Positions 6,394 to 13,894 of a DNA stretch of 64,000 nucleotides are shown here, piece by piece (positions within the stretch are counted from its first letter, which is position 1; each line of letters opens with the position of its first letter). The notes beneath the pieces were generated by a model, which did not search any database, was not told the origin of the DNA, and worked only from the letters and a program-made list of their open reading frames with translations. The position numbers were made by a program, and so were the translations under genes. The DNA is from a virus (taxonomy: Duplodnaviria; Heunggongvirae; Uroviricota; Caudoviricetes), in the IMG/VR virus record IMGVR_UViG_3300045988_009865, positions 1-64,000 of that record; one strand, given 5' to 3'.

Positions 6394-6481
6394 GGTAGGT
6401 AGCGGCTAATGGCAGCCAAACAGTCTTGAAAACTGTTGCCACTGTAGAGATACGGTGAGGGTTCGACTCCTTTACTTACCG
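6394..6481 (+). tRNA. tRNA-Ser (anticodon TGA), long variable arm
   Basis: acceptor GGTAGGT/ACTTACC, anticodon arm ACAGT-CTTGAAA-ACTGT, about 20-nt variable arm, T-loop TTCGACT. Confidence 0.65.
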
Positions 6482-6637
6482 CCTAATAAGATTTAAAGCC
6501 AAGCTTCATTCGGATGTTGCTTTGGTATCCCTCGTGTATTGTCGTACACGCACAGTAAAGCACCTAGTAGGTGTCACGGAGAAGAGATAATATCAAGCTC
6601 TCCAAAGGTTCTAGTCACCGGATTAAACAAGACTATG

Positions 6638-6662
6638 CAAAGACCAATTTAGGTCTTTTTAG
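6638..6662 (+). terminator. hairpin AAAGACCAATTTAGGTCTTTTT (minimal AGACCAA/GGTCT unit plus T-run)
   Basis: stem AGACC/GGTCT followed by TTTTT; same AGACCAA word as stem elements 1 and 3. Confidence 0.4.
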
Positions 6663-6739
6663 AGGGCTTCTAAGGTTATTACAGCTTGTTGTGGAACCTT
6701 GTTGCTTAGGTTCTTAGAAGTTCTCTAAAAAGATTTAAT

Positions 6740-6817
6740 GGGAGATTGACGGTAATTGGTAAACCTACCATCCTTAGAAGTTGGTGTTTGAGGGTTCGAA
6801 TCCCTTGTCTCCTACCA
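6740..6817 (+). tRNA. tRNA with anticodon TAG (Leu-type anticodon) but short variable arm
   Basis: acceptor GGGAGAT/GTCTCCT, loop CTTAGAA, T-arm GAGGGTTCGAATCCCTT, A73, CCA. Confidence 0.5.
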
Positions 6818-6824
6818 AATTAAT

Positions 6825-6900
6825 GCAGGTGTAGCAAAATGGTTATGCGGCTGACTCTTAATCAGTAAGACGATGGGTTCAATTCCCTCCACCTGTACCA
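6825..6900 (+). tRNA. tRNA-Lys (anticodon CTT)
   Basis: acceptor GCAGGTG/CACCTGT, anticodon arm GCTGA-CTCTTAA-TCAGT, T-loop TTCAATT, CCA; body resembles the Lys(TTT) gene. Confidence 0.65.
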
Positions 6901-6906
6901 AACATT

Positions 6907-6982
6907 GGGGATGTAGTTTACATGGTTAAAACATAAGTTTTGCAAACTTAAGTACAGGGTTCAATTCCCTGCTTCTCCACCA
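6907..6982 (+). tRNA. tRNA-Ala (anticodon TGC)
   Basis: acceptor GGGGATG with G3.U70, anticodon arm TAAGT-TTTGCAA-ACTTA, T-arm CAGGGTTCAATTCCCTG, A73, CCA. Confidence 0.75.
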
Positions 6983-6988
6983 ATTAGT

Positions 6989-7063
6989 GCATCCATAGTT
7001 TAAACGGGAAAATTACAGTCTTCCAAACTGAGGTTGAGGGTTCGATTCCCTCTGGATGCTCCA
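6989..7063 (+). tRNA. tRNA-Gly (anticodon TCC)
   Basis: perfect acceptor GCATCCA/TGGATGC, loop CTTCCAA, T-loop TTCGATT, CCA. Confidence 0.8.
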
Positions 7064-7070
7064 AATTAAT

Positions 7071-7147
7071 GCTGCTTTCGTATAATTGGCTATTACACAT
7101 CCCTTGTAAGGATGGAAATGCAGGTTCGAGTCCTGTGAGCAGCACCA
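7071..7147 (+). tRNA. tRNA-Thr (anticodon TGT)
   Basis: acceptor GCTGCTT/GAGCAGC, anticodon arm CATCC-CTTGTAA-GGATG, T-loop TTCGAGT, CCA. Confidence 0.8.
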
Positions 7148-7242
7148 ATTCAGAGGTCAAGTGAAAGACCGCTGGTGTCAACTGAAGACCGTAACAAATT
7201 CCACGGAGTTGAGTTAGCGGCACAACTTCAGACCTCTTTCAT

Positions 7243-7317
7243 ACTCGCTTAGTTTATATGGTAAAACACCACCCTTACAAGATGAAGAAAAAGGTTCAAG
7301 TCCTTTAGTGAGTACCA
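7243..7317 (+). tRNA. tRNA, probably Val (anticodon TAC); anticodon stem weak
   Basis: acceptor ACTCGCT/AGTGAGT, D-stem GTTT/AAAC, loop CTTACAA, T-arm AAAGGTTCAAGTCCTTT, CCA. Confidence 0.5.
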
Positions 7318-7318
7318 T

Positions 7319-7396
7319 GTTCCAGTATCCCAATTGGCAGAGGATGCAAGCTCAAACCTTGTATTAGTGACGGTTCGAATCCGTCTTGGAACACCA
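7319..7396 (+). tRNA. tRNA with anticodon CAA (Leu-type anticodon) but short variable arm
   Basis: acceptor GTTCCAG/TTGGAAC, D-loop CAATTGGCAGA, anticodon arm GCAAG-CTCAAAC-CTTGT, T-arm GACGGTTCGAATCCGTC, A73, CCA. Confidence 0.55.
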
Positions 7397-7412
7397 ATTT
7401 TAGGAGAACACT

Positions 7413-7520
7413 ATGAGTGATAAGTCAATTGCAAAAAAGTTTATAGCGTCATTCAAAAATAGGCGTAAAAACAAAGATTGTGAAAAACTGTATGGTGTTC
7501 TTGTAGGTAAGCAGGATTAG
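7413..7520 (+). CDS. small hypothetical protein (35 aa) inside the tRNA cluster
   Basis: AGGAG RBS 7 nt upstream of ATG 7413; MSDKSIAKKFIASFKNRRKNKDCEKLYGVLVGKQD; stop overlaps 5' end of tRNA-Arg. Confidence 0.25.
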   Translation: MSDKSIAKKFIASFKNRRKNKDCEKLYGVLVGKQD

Positions 7521-7586
7521 TTCAAATGGATAGAGCAACAGTCTACGAAGCTGTTAATAGGGGTTCGAATCCCTTATCCTGCGCCA
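7511..7586 (+). tRNA. tRNA-Arg (anticodon ACG)
   Basis: perfect acceptor GCAGGAT/ATCCTGC, D-arm GTTCAAATGGATAGAGC, loop CTACGAA, T-loop TTCGAAT, CCA. Confidence 0.8.
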
Positions 7587-7605
7587 ATTTAAAGAGGCTA
7601 TTTAG

Positions 7606-8163
7606 ATGAGATATTTGAAGTATGCTTCATGGATTTTCTTAGCTTTGTTAGAGCCATTTGCAGCAATCTTAGCAGTTATCTTAGCACCTTTCGTAGTTCC
7701 ATTTTACAGTGAGAAGAAAGGACACTTACCTTTTGGATTCAGATGGATGGAGACATATGATAACCCAATTGATGGTGATAAAGGTCATGTCGAACGATGG
7801 GCTAAGATTAGAAAGGTTGGTAAGCTTGGTGTCTATTTGCAGAGAGTTGGATGGCTCTGGAGAAACAAAGCTTATAACTTCTCTTACCATGTGTTAGGAA
7901 GAGATGTAAAAGATGTTACTAAGTGGAAAGGTAATATCAACGTAAGTTCTGACCCTGAAGATAATCAGACAGGTTATCTCCTGATGTGGAACAGTAACGC
8001 TTGGGGATTATTCGCCTTTATCCCATCAATTAAAATCTTCGGTAAACAATTCTACTGGAGAATTTATGTTGGATGGAAACTTAAAAGTGTTGTCCCAGAA
8101 GAAAGAGCATTCTCAAGGGAAAGAGTTATGTTGGCATTCTTTATTCATCCACTAAGAAAGTAA
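7606..8163 (+). CDS. hypothetical membrane protein embedded in the tRNA cluster
   Basis: 185 aa; hydrophobic N-terminus; AAAGAGG RBS. Confidence 0.55.
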   Translation: MRYLKYASWIFLALLEPFAAILAVILAPFVVPFYSEKKGHLPFGFRWMETYDNPIDGDKGHVERWAKIRKVGKLGVYLQRVGWLWRNKAYNFSYHVLGRDVKDVTKWKGNINVSSDPEDNQTGYLLMWNSNAWGLFAFIPSIKIFGKQFYWRIYVGWKLKSVVPEERAFSRERVMLAFFIHPLRK

Positions 8164-8171
8164 AGATTTAA

Positions 8172-8247
8172 AGGGGATTAGTTTACAAGGTTAAAACCTC
8201 GGTCTTTGAAATCGAAGAAGTTGGTTCAATTCCAACATCCCCCGCCA
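8172..8247 (+). tRNA. tRNA-Gln (anticodon TTG)
   Basis: acceptor AGGGGAT/ATCCCCC (weak 1-72 pair), anticodon arm TCGGT-CTTTGAA-ATCGA, T-arm GTTGGTTCAATTCCAAC, CCA. Confidence 0.7.
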
Positions 8248-8249
8248 AT

Positions 8250-8328
8250 GCTCCATTACTCCAATTGGCAGAGAGGCCAGACTTAAAATCTGTGTTATGT
8301 ATCGGTTCGAATCCGATATGGAGTACCA
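8250..8328 (+). tRNA. tRNA with anticodon TAA (Leu-type anticodon) but short variable arm
   Basis: acceptor GCTCCAT/ATGGAGT, D-loop CAATTGGCAGA, anticodon arm CCAGA-CTTAAAA-TCTGT, T-arm ATCGGTTCGAATCCGAT, A73, CCA. Confidence 0.55.
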
Positions 8329-8333
8329 AATTT

Positions 8334-8409
8334 AGCGGTATAGCATAACTGGCAATGCAGCAGTCTCTGAAGCTGTCTTATTAAGGTTCAAATCCTTATG
8401 CCGCTGCCA
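8334..8409 (+). tRNA. tRNA-Gln (anticodon CTG)
   Basis: acceptor AGCGGTA/TGCCGCT, D-stem GCAT/ATGC, loop CTCTGAA, T-arm TAAGGTTCAAATCCTTA, CCA. Confidence 0.65.
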
Positions 8410-8440
8410 CTTCTAAGGGTTCTTACGAGAGTCCTTAAAT

Positions 8441-8516
8441 GTGGCCTTATCATAAAAGGTAATGACCCATGCTGTGAACATGGTCTATACGGGTTCAAAT
8501 CCCGTAGGTCACCCCA
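8441..8516 (+). tRNA. tRNA-His (anticodon GTG)
   Basis: acceptor GTGGCCT/AGGTCAC, perfect anticodon arm CCATG-CTGTGAA-CATGG, T-arm ACGGGTTCAAATCCCGT, CCA. Confidence 0.8.
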
Positions 8517-8521
8517 ATTTA

Positions 8522-8598
8522 TAGTCCAAGTAGCTTATATGGTTAAAGCGCGTGTCTGAAAAACATGAGAAGAGGGTTCAAATCCCACTGGACTACCA
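8522..8598 (+). tRNA. tRNA-Phe (anticodon GAA)
   Basis: acceptor TAGTCCA/TGGACTA 7/7, anticodon arm CGTGT-CTGAAAA-ACATG, T-loop TTCAAAT. Confidence 0.7.
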
Positions 8599-8614
8599 AT
8601 TTCAAAGGTGCTTA

Positions 8615-9349
8615 ATGAAAGAGATGACAGAACAAGGTAAGGAGATTTTTAATCTCTTAAAAACCGGTAGAGGGTTTTCTAATCCCCTTATTACTGGTGC
8701 AGCAGTTCTCGGTGGAACCGTAGCTGCCTCTACATCACTTGTAAGCTCTATTAGCTCTGTAACAGACCCTACAATGAAGGATAAGCTCATTGCTGCTGGA
8801 CTTACAACAGTTCTGCTTAGCAGCTTTACAACGAGTCTGACAAGCACTACATCAACCACTAAAACACTGACAGATTACGGTCAAAAGTCTATTGATGAGT
8901 TTTCATCACGTATGCAGGTAGCAAAAGGCTACTCCAATGTTATGGGTGCAGCAGGAGAGCAAGTTGGTTGTACACCATTTAGTGGTATTATGGGTGTTGC
9001 TACAGAGTATGGTCAAAAAGCTATTGACACAATTAACAGTGCACTAGACGGTGTTAATGATGTATTAAGTGACTTACAAGATGCTATTGATAAAGGTCTT
9101 GATACTGTTTCTGATTTAGCTAACCAAGCTGTTAGTAAGATTAATGAAGGTATCTCGAAGATTACAGCTTATGCAGATGAAGTTGTGCAGATGATTGAAG
9201 AAGAAGCTGCCCTTATTGCAGAGTACCTTAAAACGAATATCAATGGGTTCTTAGCAGGTATCTTACCAGACTGGTTTGATGATGCTTGTAAAACTGGTGT
9301 GATTGACACTATTGCAACACCAGAAATGAAGAACGCATTACAGAAATAA
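8615..9349 (+). CDS. hypothetical protein (Ser/Thr-rich N-terminal half)
   Basis: ATG at 8615 preferred over track GTG start 8552, which overlaps tRNA-Phe; AAAGGTG RBS. Confidence 0.5.
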   Translation: MKEMTEQGKEIFNLLKTGRGFSNPLITGAAVLGGTVAASTSLVSSISSVTDPTMKDKLIAAGLTTVLLSSFTTSLTSTTSTTKTLTDYGQKSIDEFSSRMQVAKGYSNVMGAAGEQVGCTPFSGIMGVATEYGQKAIDTINSALDGVNDVLSDLQDAIDKGLDTVSDLANQAVSKINEGISKITAYADEVVQMIEEEAALIAEYLKTNINGFLAGILPDWFDDACKTGVIDTIATPEMKNALQK

Positions 9350-9350
9350 T

Positions 9351-9443
9351 GGAAGATTAACCCTAAAAGGTAAGGGAGCAGTTTGCTAAACTGCCAGTAG
9401 CTGAGAAATCGGTGTACCAGTTCAAGTCTGGTATCTTCCTCCA
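9351..9443 (+). tRNA. tRNA-Ser (anticodon GCT), long variable arm
   Basis: perfect acceptor GGAAGAT/ATCTTCC, anticodon arm GCAGT-TTGCTAA-ACTGC, long variable arm, T-arm ACCAGTTCAAGTCTGGT, CCA. Confidence 0.75.
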
Positions 9444-9447
9444 ATTT

Positions 9448-9523
9448 GAATCCGTGACAGAAATGGCTATGTGCCTGTCTGCAAAACAGGTTTATAAGGG
9501 TTCGAGTCCCTTCGGATTCTCCA
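9448..9523 (+). tRNA. tRNA-Cys (anticodon GCA)
   Basis: perfect acceptor GAATCCG/CGGATTC, anticodon arm CCTGT-CTGCAAA-ACAGG, T-arm AAGGGTTCGAGTCCCTT, CCA. Confidence 0.8.
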
Positions 9524-9560
9524 AGTTATTTTACTCTCTCTCAATTAAAATAATAATAAT

Positions 9561-9620
9561 GCCCTGCTATGAGTATTCTTCCTTTCGCTACCGAAGAGTA
9601 TTTTTAGACAGGGCTTTTTT
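9561..9620 (+). terminator. rho-independent terminator closing the tRNA cluster
   Basis: stem GCCCTG 9561..9566 / CAGGGC 9609..9614 with internal CTTC/GAAG sub-stem, then TTTTTT. Confidence 0.6.
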
Positions 9621-9685
9621 ACAGAGCTATACTTTATAAGAAGCCTTATACAGTATGTCTCTGACGTACATTGTGGTTTCTCCTT

Positions 9686-9709
9686 GACGGTCTCTGTACC
9701 GTCTTTTTT
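9686..9709 (+). terminator. hairpin GACGGT-CTCTGT-ACCGTC followed by TTTTTT
   Basis: 6-bp perfect stem plus T-run upstream of structural module. Confidence 0.5.
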
Positions 9710-9745
9710 AAGGAGAAACATAATTAATTATTTGGAGAAAACATA

Positions 9746-9946
9746 ATGAGTGAGACCGTTTATAAAGAACTTTATGAAGCTAACAAAAAGCTGGAATTTA
9801 TGCAGAACACTATCATGGCAATTGCAGACAGATTATCTGTAGCAACAGGTATTGATATCAAAGAGGCATCTATGGATGCACTTCTTGATGCTGTTGATGC
9901 TAAATTCGAAGTTAAGAAAGAAGAGACTGCTACAGACTCTGAATAA
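9746..9946 (+). CDS. hypothetical small acidic protein at head of packaging operon
   Basis: 66 aa; GGAGAAAAC RBS; position immediately upstream of terminase large subunit. Confidence 0.45.
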   Translation: MSETVYKELYEANKKLEFMQNTIMAIADRLSVATGIDIKEASMDALLDAVDAKFEVKKEETATDSE

Positions 9947-9967
9947 TTCTATTTGCGGAGGTGCTTA

Positions 9968-11569
9968 ATGGACTTAAATGCTGTTAAGCAGAAGCGAGTG
10001 GAAGATGTTAGGAAAGTCCTAGCTGGAGAGTTGGGGCTTTCTGATGAAGTAAAAGAAATTATTAAATCATTCGGTAAAGACCCCTCTAAATTCCTTCCAA
10101 CTCAAATTCTGACTTTATTAAGATACACACCAGACCAAGTTAGACTTATCTTCAAATTAATGACTGATAAGAACTATGTAGCCCCTCAACCGGGTTCTCA
10201 AGAGGTGTTTTTAAATACTAATGCTGACTTGGTTTTATATGGTGGTGCTGCTGGTGCTGGTAAAACTGCTGCATTGTTAATGGACTCTTTAAGGTTTATT
10301 GAAGACCCTAACTATAATGCTGTATATTTCCGTCGAAATACAACACAGTTACAAGGTGGTTTATGGCCTGCTGCAAAGAAACTATTTGGTAAGTTTGGTG
10401 GGGTTCCTCACGAGCAGAAGATGACTATCACATTCCCTTCTGGGGCAACTATCAAGTTCACCTACCTAGAACTTGAAAAGCACGCTGAAGGTCATCAGGG
10501 TATTGAATACTCAGCTATCTACTTTGACGAAGGTACACACTTCTCTGCTTCACAGATTTCATACCTACAGACTCGTCTGCGTTCTGGCGCTGAAGGTGAC
10601 TCATACATGAAGATTTCCATGAACCCAGACAGAGACCACTTTATTTATGATTGGGTAGAGCCATTCTTAGATGAAGAAGGTTACCCAGACCCTGAGAAGT
10701 GTGGTCGTATCCGTTGGTATGTTATGAATGATGGTGTGATGGTTTCTGATTGGGAGAGAGACAAGATTCTTGAAATGTTTCCTCTTGAGATTCCTCAGAC
10801 ATACACCTTCATCTCTGGTACGATTGATGATAACCCAATTCTTGACTTCTTAGAACCTAAATATCGTGGTAAGTTGGAAAACAACACACCTGTAAACGTT
10901 GCAAGACTTCGTTTCGGTAACTGGAAGGCTCGTGCAGAAGGTTCAAACTATTGGCAAAGACAATGGTGTGAAATTGTTGATTCACTCCCAGAAGATGTGT
11001 TTGATGTCAGAGCATGGGACTTAGCAGCAACTTTACCATCTGAGATTAACCCTAATCCAGACTGGACAGCGGGTGTTAAGATGGGTAAATCTAAAAAAGA
11101 CGGTTGCTATTATATCATTGATGTAGTAAGATTTAGAGATAGACCCTCTGGAGTCGAAACACAAATTAATTTGACTGCTGAAAGTGACGGTAAGCGAACT
11201 GGTATTTTTATCCCTCAAGACCCAGGCGCTGCTGGTAAATCCTATGCAACATCCCTCATCAGGAAACTTGCCGAGAAAGGTTATCGCGCAAGAGCTAAAC
11301 CAACAAATAAAGATAAAGTTACCCGCTTTGCGGGATTTTCTGCTGCTTCTGAAGCTGGACTTGTAAAAGTCTTGAGAGGTAGTTGGAATGAAGCTTACTT
11401 TCAAGAACTTGAAGGTTTTTGTGGTGATGGCAAAACTAAAGATGACCAAGTGGATGCTACCAGTGATGCTTTCAACAGTCTTAACGAAGTTAAATTATTC
11501 AAGCCACCATCAATGGGTGCTCACACAGACTTAGTGAGAGGAAACCCATATGAGGGGCTTAGACGTTGA
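9968..11569 (+). CDS. terminase large subunit
   Basis: Walker-A-like LYGGAAGAGKT; size and position before portal; ATG 9968 with GCGGAGGTG RBS preferred over track TTG start 9953. Confidence 0.7.
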   Translation: MDLNAVKQKRVEDVRKVLAGELGLSDEVKEIIKSFGKDPSKFLPTQILTLLRYTPDQVRLIFKLMTDKNYVAPQPGSQEVFLNTNADLVLYGGAAGAGKTAALLMDSLRFIEDPNYNAVYFRRNTTQLQGGLWPAAKKLFGKFGGVPHEQKMTITFPSGATIKFTYLELEKHAEGHQGIEYSAIYFDEGTHFSASQISYLQTRLRSGAEGDSYMKISMNPDRDHFIYDWVEPFLDEEGYPDPEKCGRIRWYVMNDGVMVSDWERDKILEMFPLEIPQTYTFISGTIDDNPILDFLEPKYRGKLENNTPVNVARLRFGNWKARAEGSNYWQRQWCEIVDSLPEDVFDVRAWDLAATLPSEINPNPDWTAGVKMGKSKKDGCYYIIDVVRFRDRPSGVETQINLTAESDGKRTGIFIPQDPGAAGKSYATSLIRKLAEKGYRARAKPTNKDKVTRFAGFSAASEAGLVKVLRGSWNEAYFQELEGFCGDGKTKDDQVDATSDAFNSLNEVKLFKPPSMGAHTDLVRGNPYEGLRR

Positions 11570-11584
11570 TAGCTAGGTGAAAGA

Positions 11585-13051
11585 ATGGCAGAAATTACAG
11601 AAACACAAGAAAGCTTACCACCATTTAGAATGGGTGAAGTAGGTTCTTTGGGTCTGAAGGTTAAGAATGGTAGAATCTATGAAGAACCTCGTCAGGCACT
11701 AAGGTTCCCTGAAAGTATTAAAACTTTCCAATTAATGATGCGTGACCCTGCTGTAGCAGCATCTGTAAATATTATTAAGATGTTTGTCAGAAAAGTCAAC
11801 TGGAGATTTGTACCTCCAAAGGGAAAAGAGCAAGACCCTAAAATGCTTGAAAGAGCAGACTTCTTTAATTCTTTAATGGATGACATGGAGCATGATTGGG
11901 CAGATTTTATTAACTCTGTAATGTCATTCTGCACTTATGGATTCTGTGTTAACGAAAAGGTTTATAAGAAACGTCAGGGTAAAAAAGGAAAGTACCAGTC
12001 AAAATTTGATGATGGTCTAATTGGGTGGGCTAAATTACCAATCAGAAACCAGTCAACACTTGATAAGTGGTATTTTGACGAAGACTTTAGAAAAGTTACT
12101 GGTGTCAGACAAAATCTAAGAAATGTTTCACATATTGCTGGAGCAATTAATCTTGGAGAAAGACCACTAACAAGAAAACTTCCACGAGCTAAATTTATGT
12201 TGTTTAAGTATGATGATGAGTATGGTAACCCAGAAGGTCGTTCACCATTGCTTAATGCTTATGTACCGTGGAAGTATAAAGTACAGATTGAAGAGTATGA
12301 AGCTGTTGGTGTTTCAAGAGACTTAGTAGGTATGCCAAAGATTGGTTTACCACCAGATTATCTAGATGAAAATGCAGAACCTGAAAAGAAAGCTTTCGTA
12401 CAATACTGCAAAACTGTTGTTAATGACATGATTGCTAATGACAGAGCAGGTTTAATCTGGCCTAGATATATCGACCCAGATACTAAAGAGGATATTTTTG
12501 AGTTCTCATTAGTTTCTAGACAGGGTGCTAAAGCATATGACACAGGTTCTATCATTGACAGATATTCCAAGCAGATTATGATGGCATTTATGTCAGATGT
12601 TCTTGCTATGGGTCAATCAAAATATGGTTCATTCTCTCTTGCAGATTCTAAGACAAGCTTATTAGCAATGTCAGTAGATATTCTGCTGAAGCAAATTAAG
12701 AACGTAATTAACCGTGACTTAGTTGCACAGACTTATGCTCTTAACATGTGGGATGATGAAGAACATGTGCAAATCACATATGATGATATTGAAACTCCAG
12801 ACCTTGAAGCAATTGGTTCTTATATTCAGAAGACTGTTGCAGTAGGTGCTTTGGAAGTTGACAAAGAGCTATCTAACAAACTTAGAGAGCATATTGGTCT
12901 TCCTCCTGCTGATGAGTCTCAGCCAGTATCTGAAAAGCTTTCTCCGAATAGCCAAAGCCGTTCAGGAGATGGTTATAAGACCGCTGGAGAAGGTACTGCA
13001 AAGACACCTTCAGCGAAAGACCCAAGCACAGCAAATAAGGCAAATAAATAA
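11585..13051 (+). CDS. portal protein
   Basis: 488 aa directly after terminase; acidic/Ser-rich C-terminus. Confidence 0.6.
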   Translation: MAEITETQESLPPFRMGEVGSLGLKVKNGRIYEEPRQALRFPESIKTFQLMMRDPAVAASVNIIKMFVRKVNWRFVPPKGKEQDPKMLERADFFNSLMDDMEHDWADFINSVMSFCTYGFCVNEKVYKKRQGKKGKYQSKFDDGLIGWAKLPIRNQSTLDKWYFDEDFRKVTGVRQNLRNVSHIAGAINLGERPLTRKLPRAKFMLFKYDDEYGNPEGRSPLLNAYVPWKYKVQIEEYEAVGVSRDLVGMPKIGLPPDYLDENAEPEKKAFVQYCKTVVNDMIANDRAGLIWPRYIDPDTKEDIFEFSLVSRQGAKAYDTGSIIDRYSKQIMMAFMSDVLAMGQSKYGSFSLADSKTSLLAMSVDILLKQIKNVINRDLVAQTYALNMWDDEEHVQITYDDIETPDLEAIGSYIQKTVAVGALEVDKELSNKLREHIGLPPADESQPVSEKLSPNSQSRSGDGYKTAGEGTAKTPSAKDPSTANKANK

Positions 13052-13551
13052 TGGCTGAAGTTATCTCTATTTCAAATGCTACACGAGTGCATTCGTATAG
13101 GGGTGTCCTTATCATTACTGATAAGCTATCTGTAGAGGCTGGCTCAAGGGTCAGCCTTTCAGGTTATGTTAGTGATGGTGGAATCTCTGACGTTTTCACT
13201 ATTTGTAGGTTACTTGATGCACCAATGAGTGGAAAACCGTTTATTTCAGGAAATTGTAGTGAAATTGTTAAAATTCCATTTGACAGTTCATGCCTTTTGG
13301 GTGTAAAGTTATATAACTGCGAGAATAAACGTATCAATGTTAAAAGCATTGAAGCCGCTTTCATTACCCTCGACACTGCATTTCAATCTCCAATGACAGT
13401 TAATAAAGAAACAAACAGACTTGAATACATTTTTTCACAAAATGATTACAAAGTACTTGTCAAAGGTAAAGTATATGATATGATTGTAAATGTGGTAGAT
13501 GAATCTGGTAACCATTCAACAGTCCTTAAACAAAAAGTAAGGTTTAATTAA
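13051..13551 (+). CDS. hypothetical protein
   Basis: 166-aa ORF, ATGA overlap with portal stop. Confidence 0.5.
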   Translation: MAEVISISNATRVHSYRGVLIITDKLSVEAGSRVSLSGYVSDGGISDVFTICRLLDAPMSGKPFISGNCSEIVKIPFDSSCLLGVKLYNCENKRINVKSIEAAFITLDTAFQSPMTVNKETNRLEYIFSQNDYKVLVKGKVYDMIVNVVDESGNHSTVLKQKVRFN

Positions 13552-13883
13552 TGGGAACATTAACTATTGATGGTAAGAATAAAATCCTCGCCACGCTAAC
13601 CCCAACGACTATTATTTTACACAATGTAGACCCAACGGCAGACCCTACAGCAAATAAGGTTACTCAGCCAGTGGCTATTTATTTTTCTGAACCGGATAAT
13701 GGCTTAATTGCCTCAGAAGACACAGTTAATATTACTGTCCCAGCTTCTGCAACGGTCTCACACTATAGCTTGTGGGATGCTAACGATAAATGCGTGGCAA
13801 CTGGTGCTCTTAGCAAACCTCAATTCTTTGCTGAAGAAGGTATCTATGTTATCTCTTCAGTCTCTGTAGATTTAAACAAATAG
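13551..13883 (+). CDS. hypothetical protein
   Basis: 110-aa ORF, translationally coupled. Confidence 0.5.
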   Translation: MGTLTIDGKNKILATLTPTTIILHNVDPTADPTANKVTQPVAIYFSEPDNGLIASEDTVNITVPASATVSHYSLWDANDKCVATGALSKPQFFAEEGIYVISSVSVDLNK

Positions 13884-13894
13884 GGTGAGTAAAA

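Noticed and set aside
6206-6409. ORF-track CDS (67 aa, GTG start) overlapping the tRNA-Trp-like gene and the start of tRNA-Ser
   Set aside because: Starts at a GTG directly abutting AGGAG with no spacer and lies almost entirely over tRNA genes.
8552-8614. Track start (GTG at 8552) for the gene ending at 9349
   Set aside because: Extension overlaps tRNA-Phe; an in-frame ATG at 8615 with RBS is more plausible.
4164-9639. Minus- and plus-strand track ORFs inside the tRNA cluster (4164..4415, 4330..4569, 4895..5152, 6984..7223, 9169..9444, 9412..9639)
   Set aside because: They overlap hand-folded tRNA genes or stem elements, have no RBS, and are chance open frames in structured RNA sequence.
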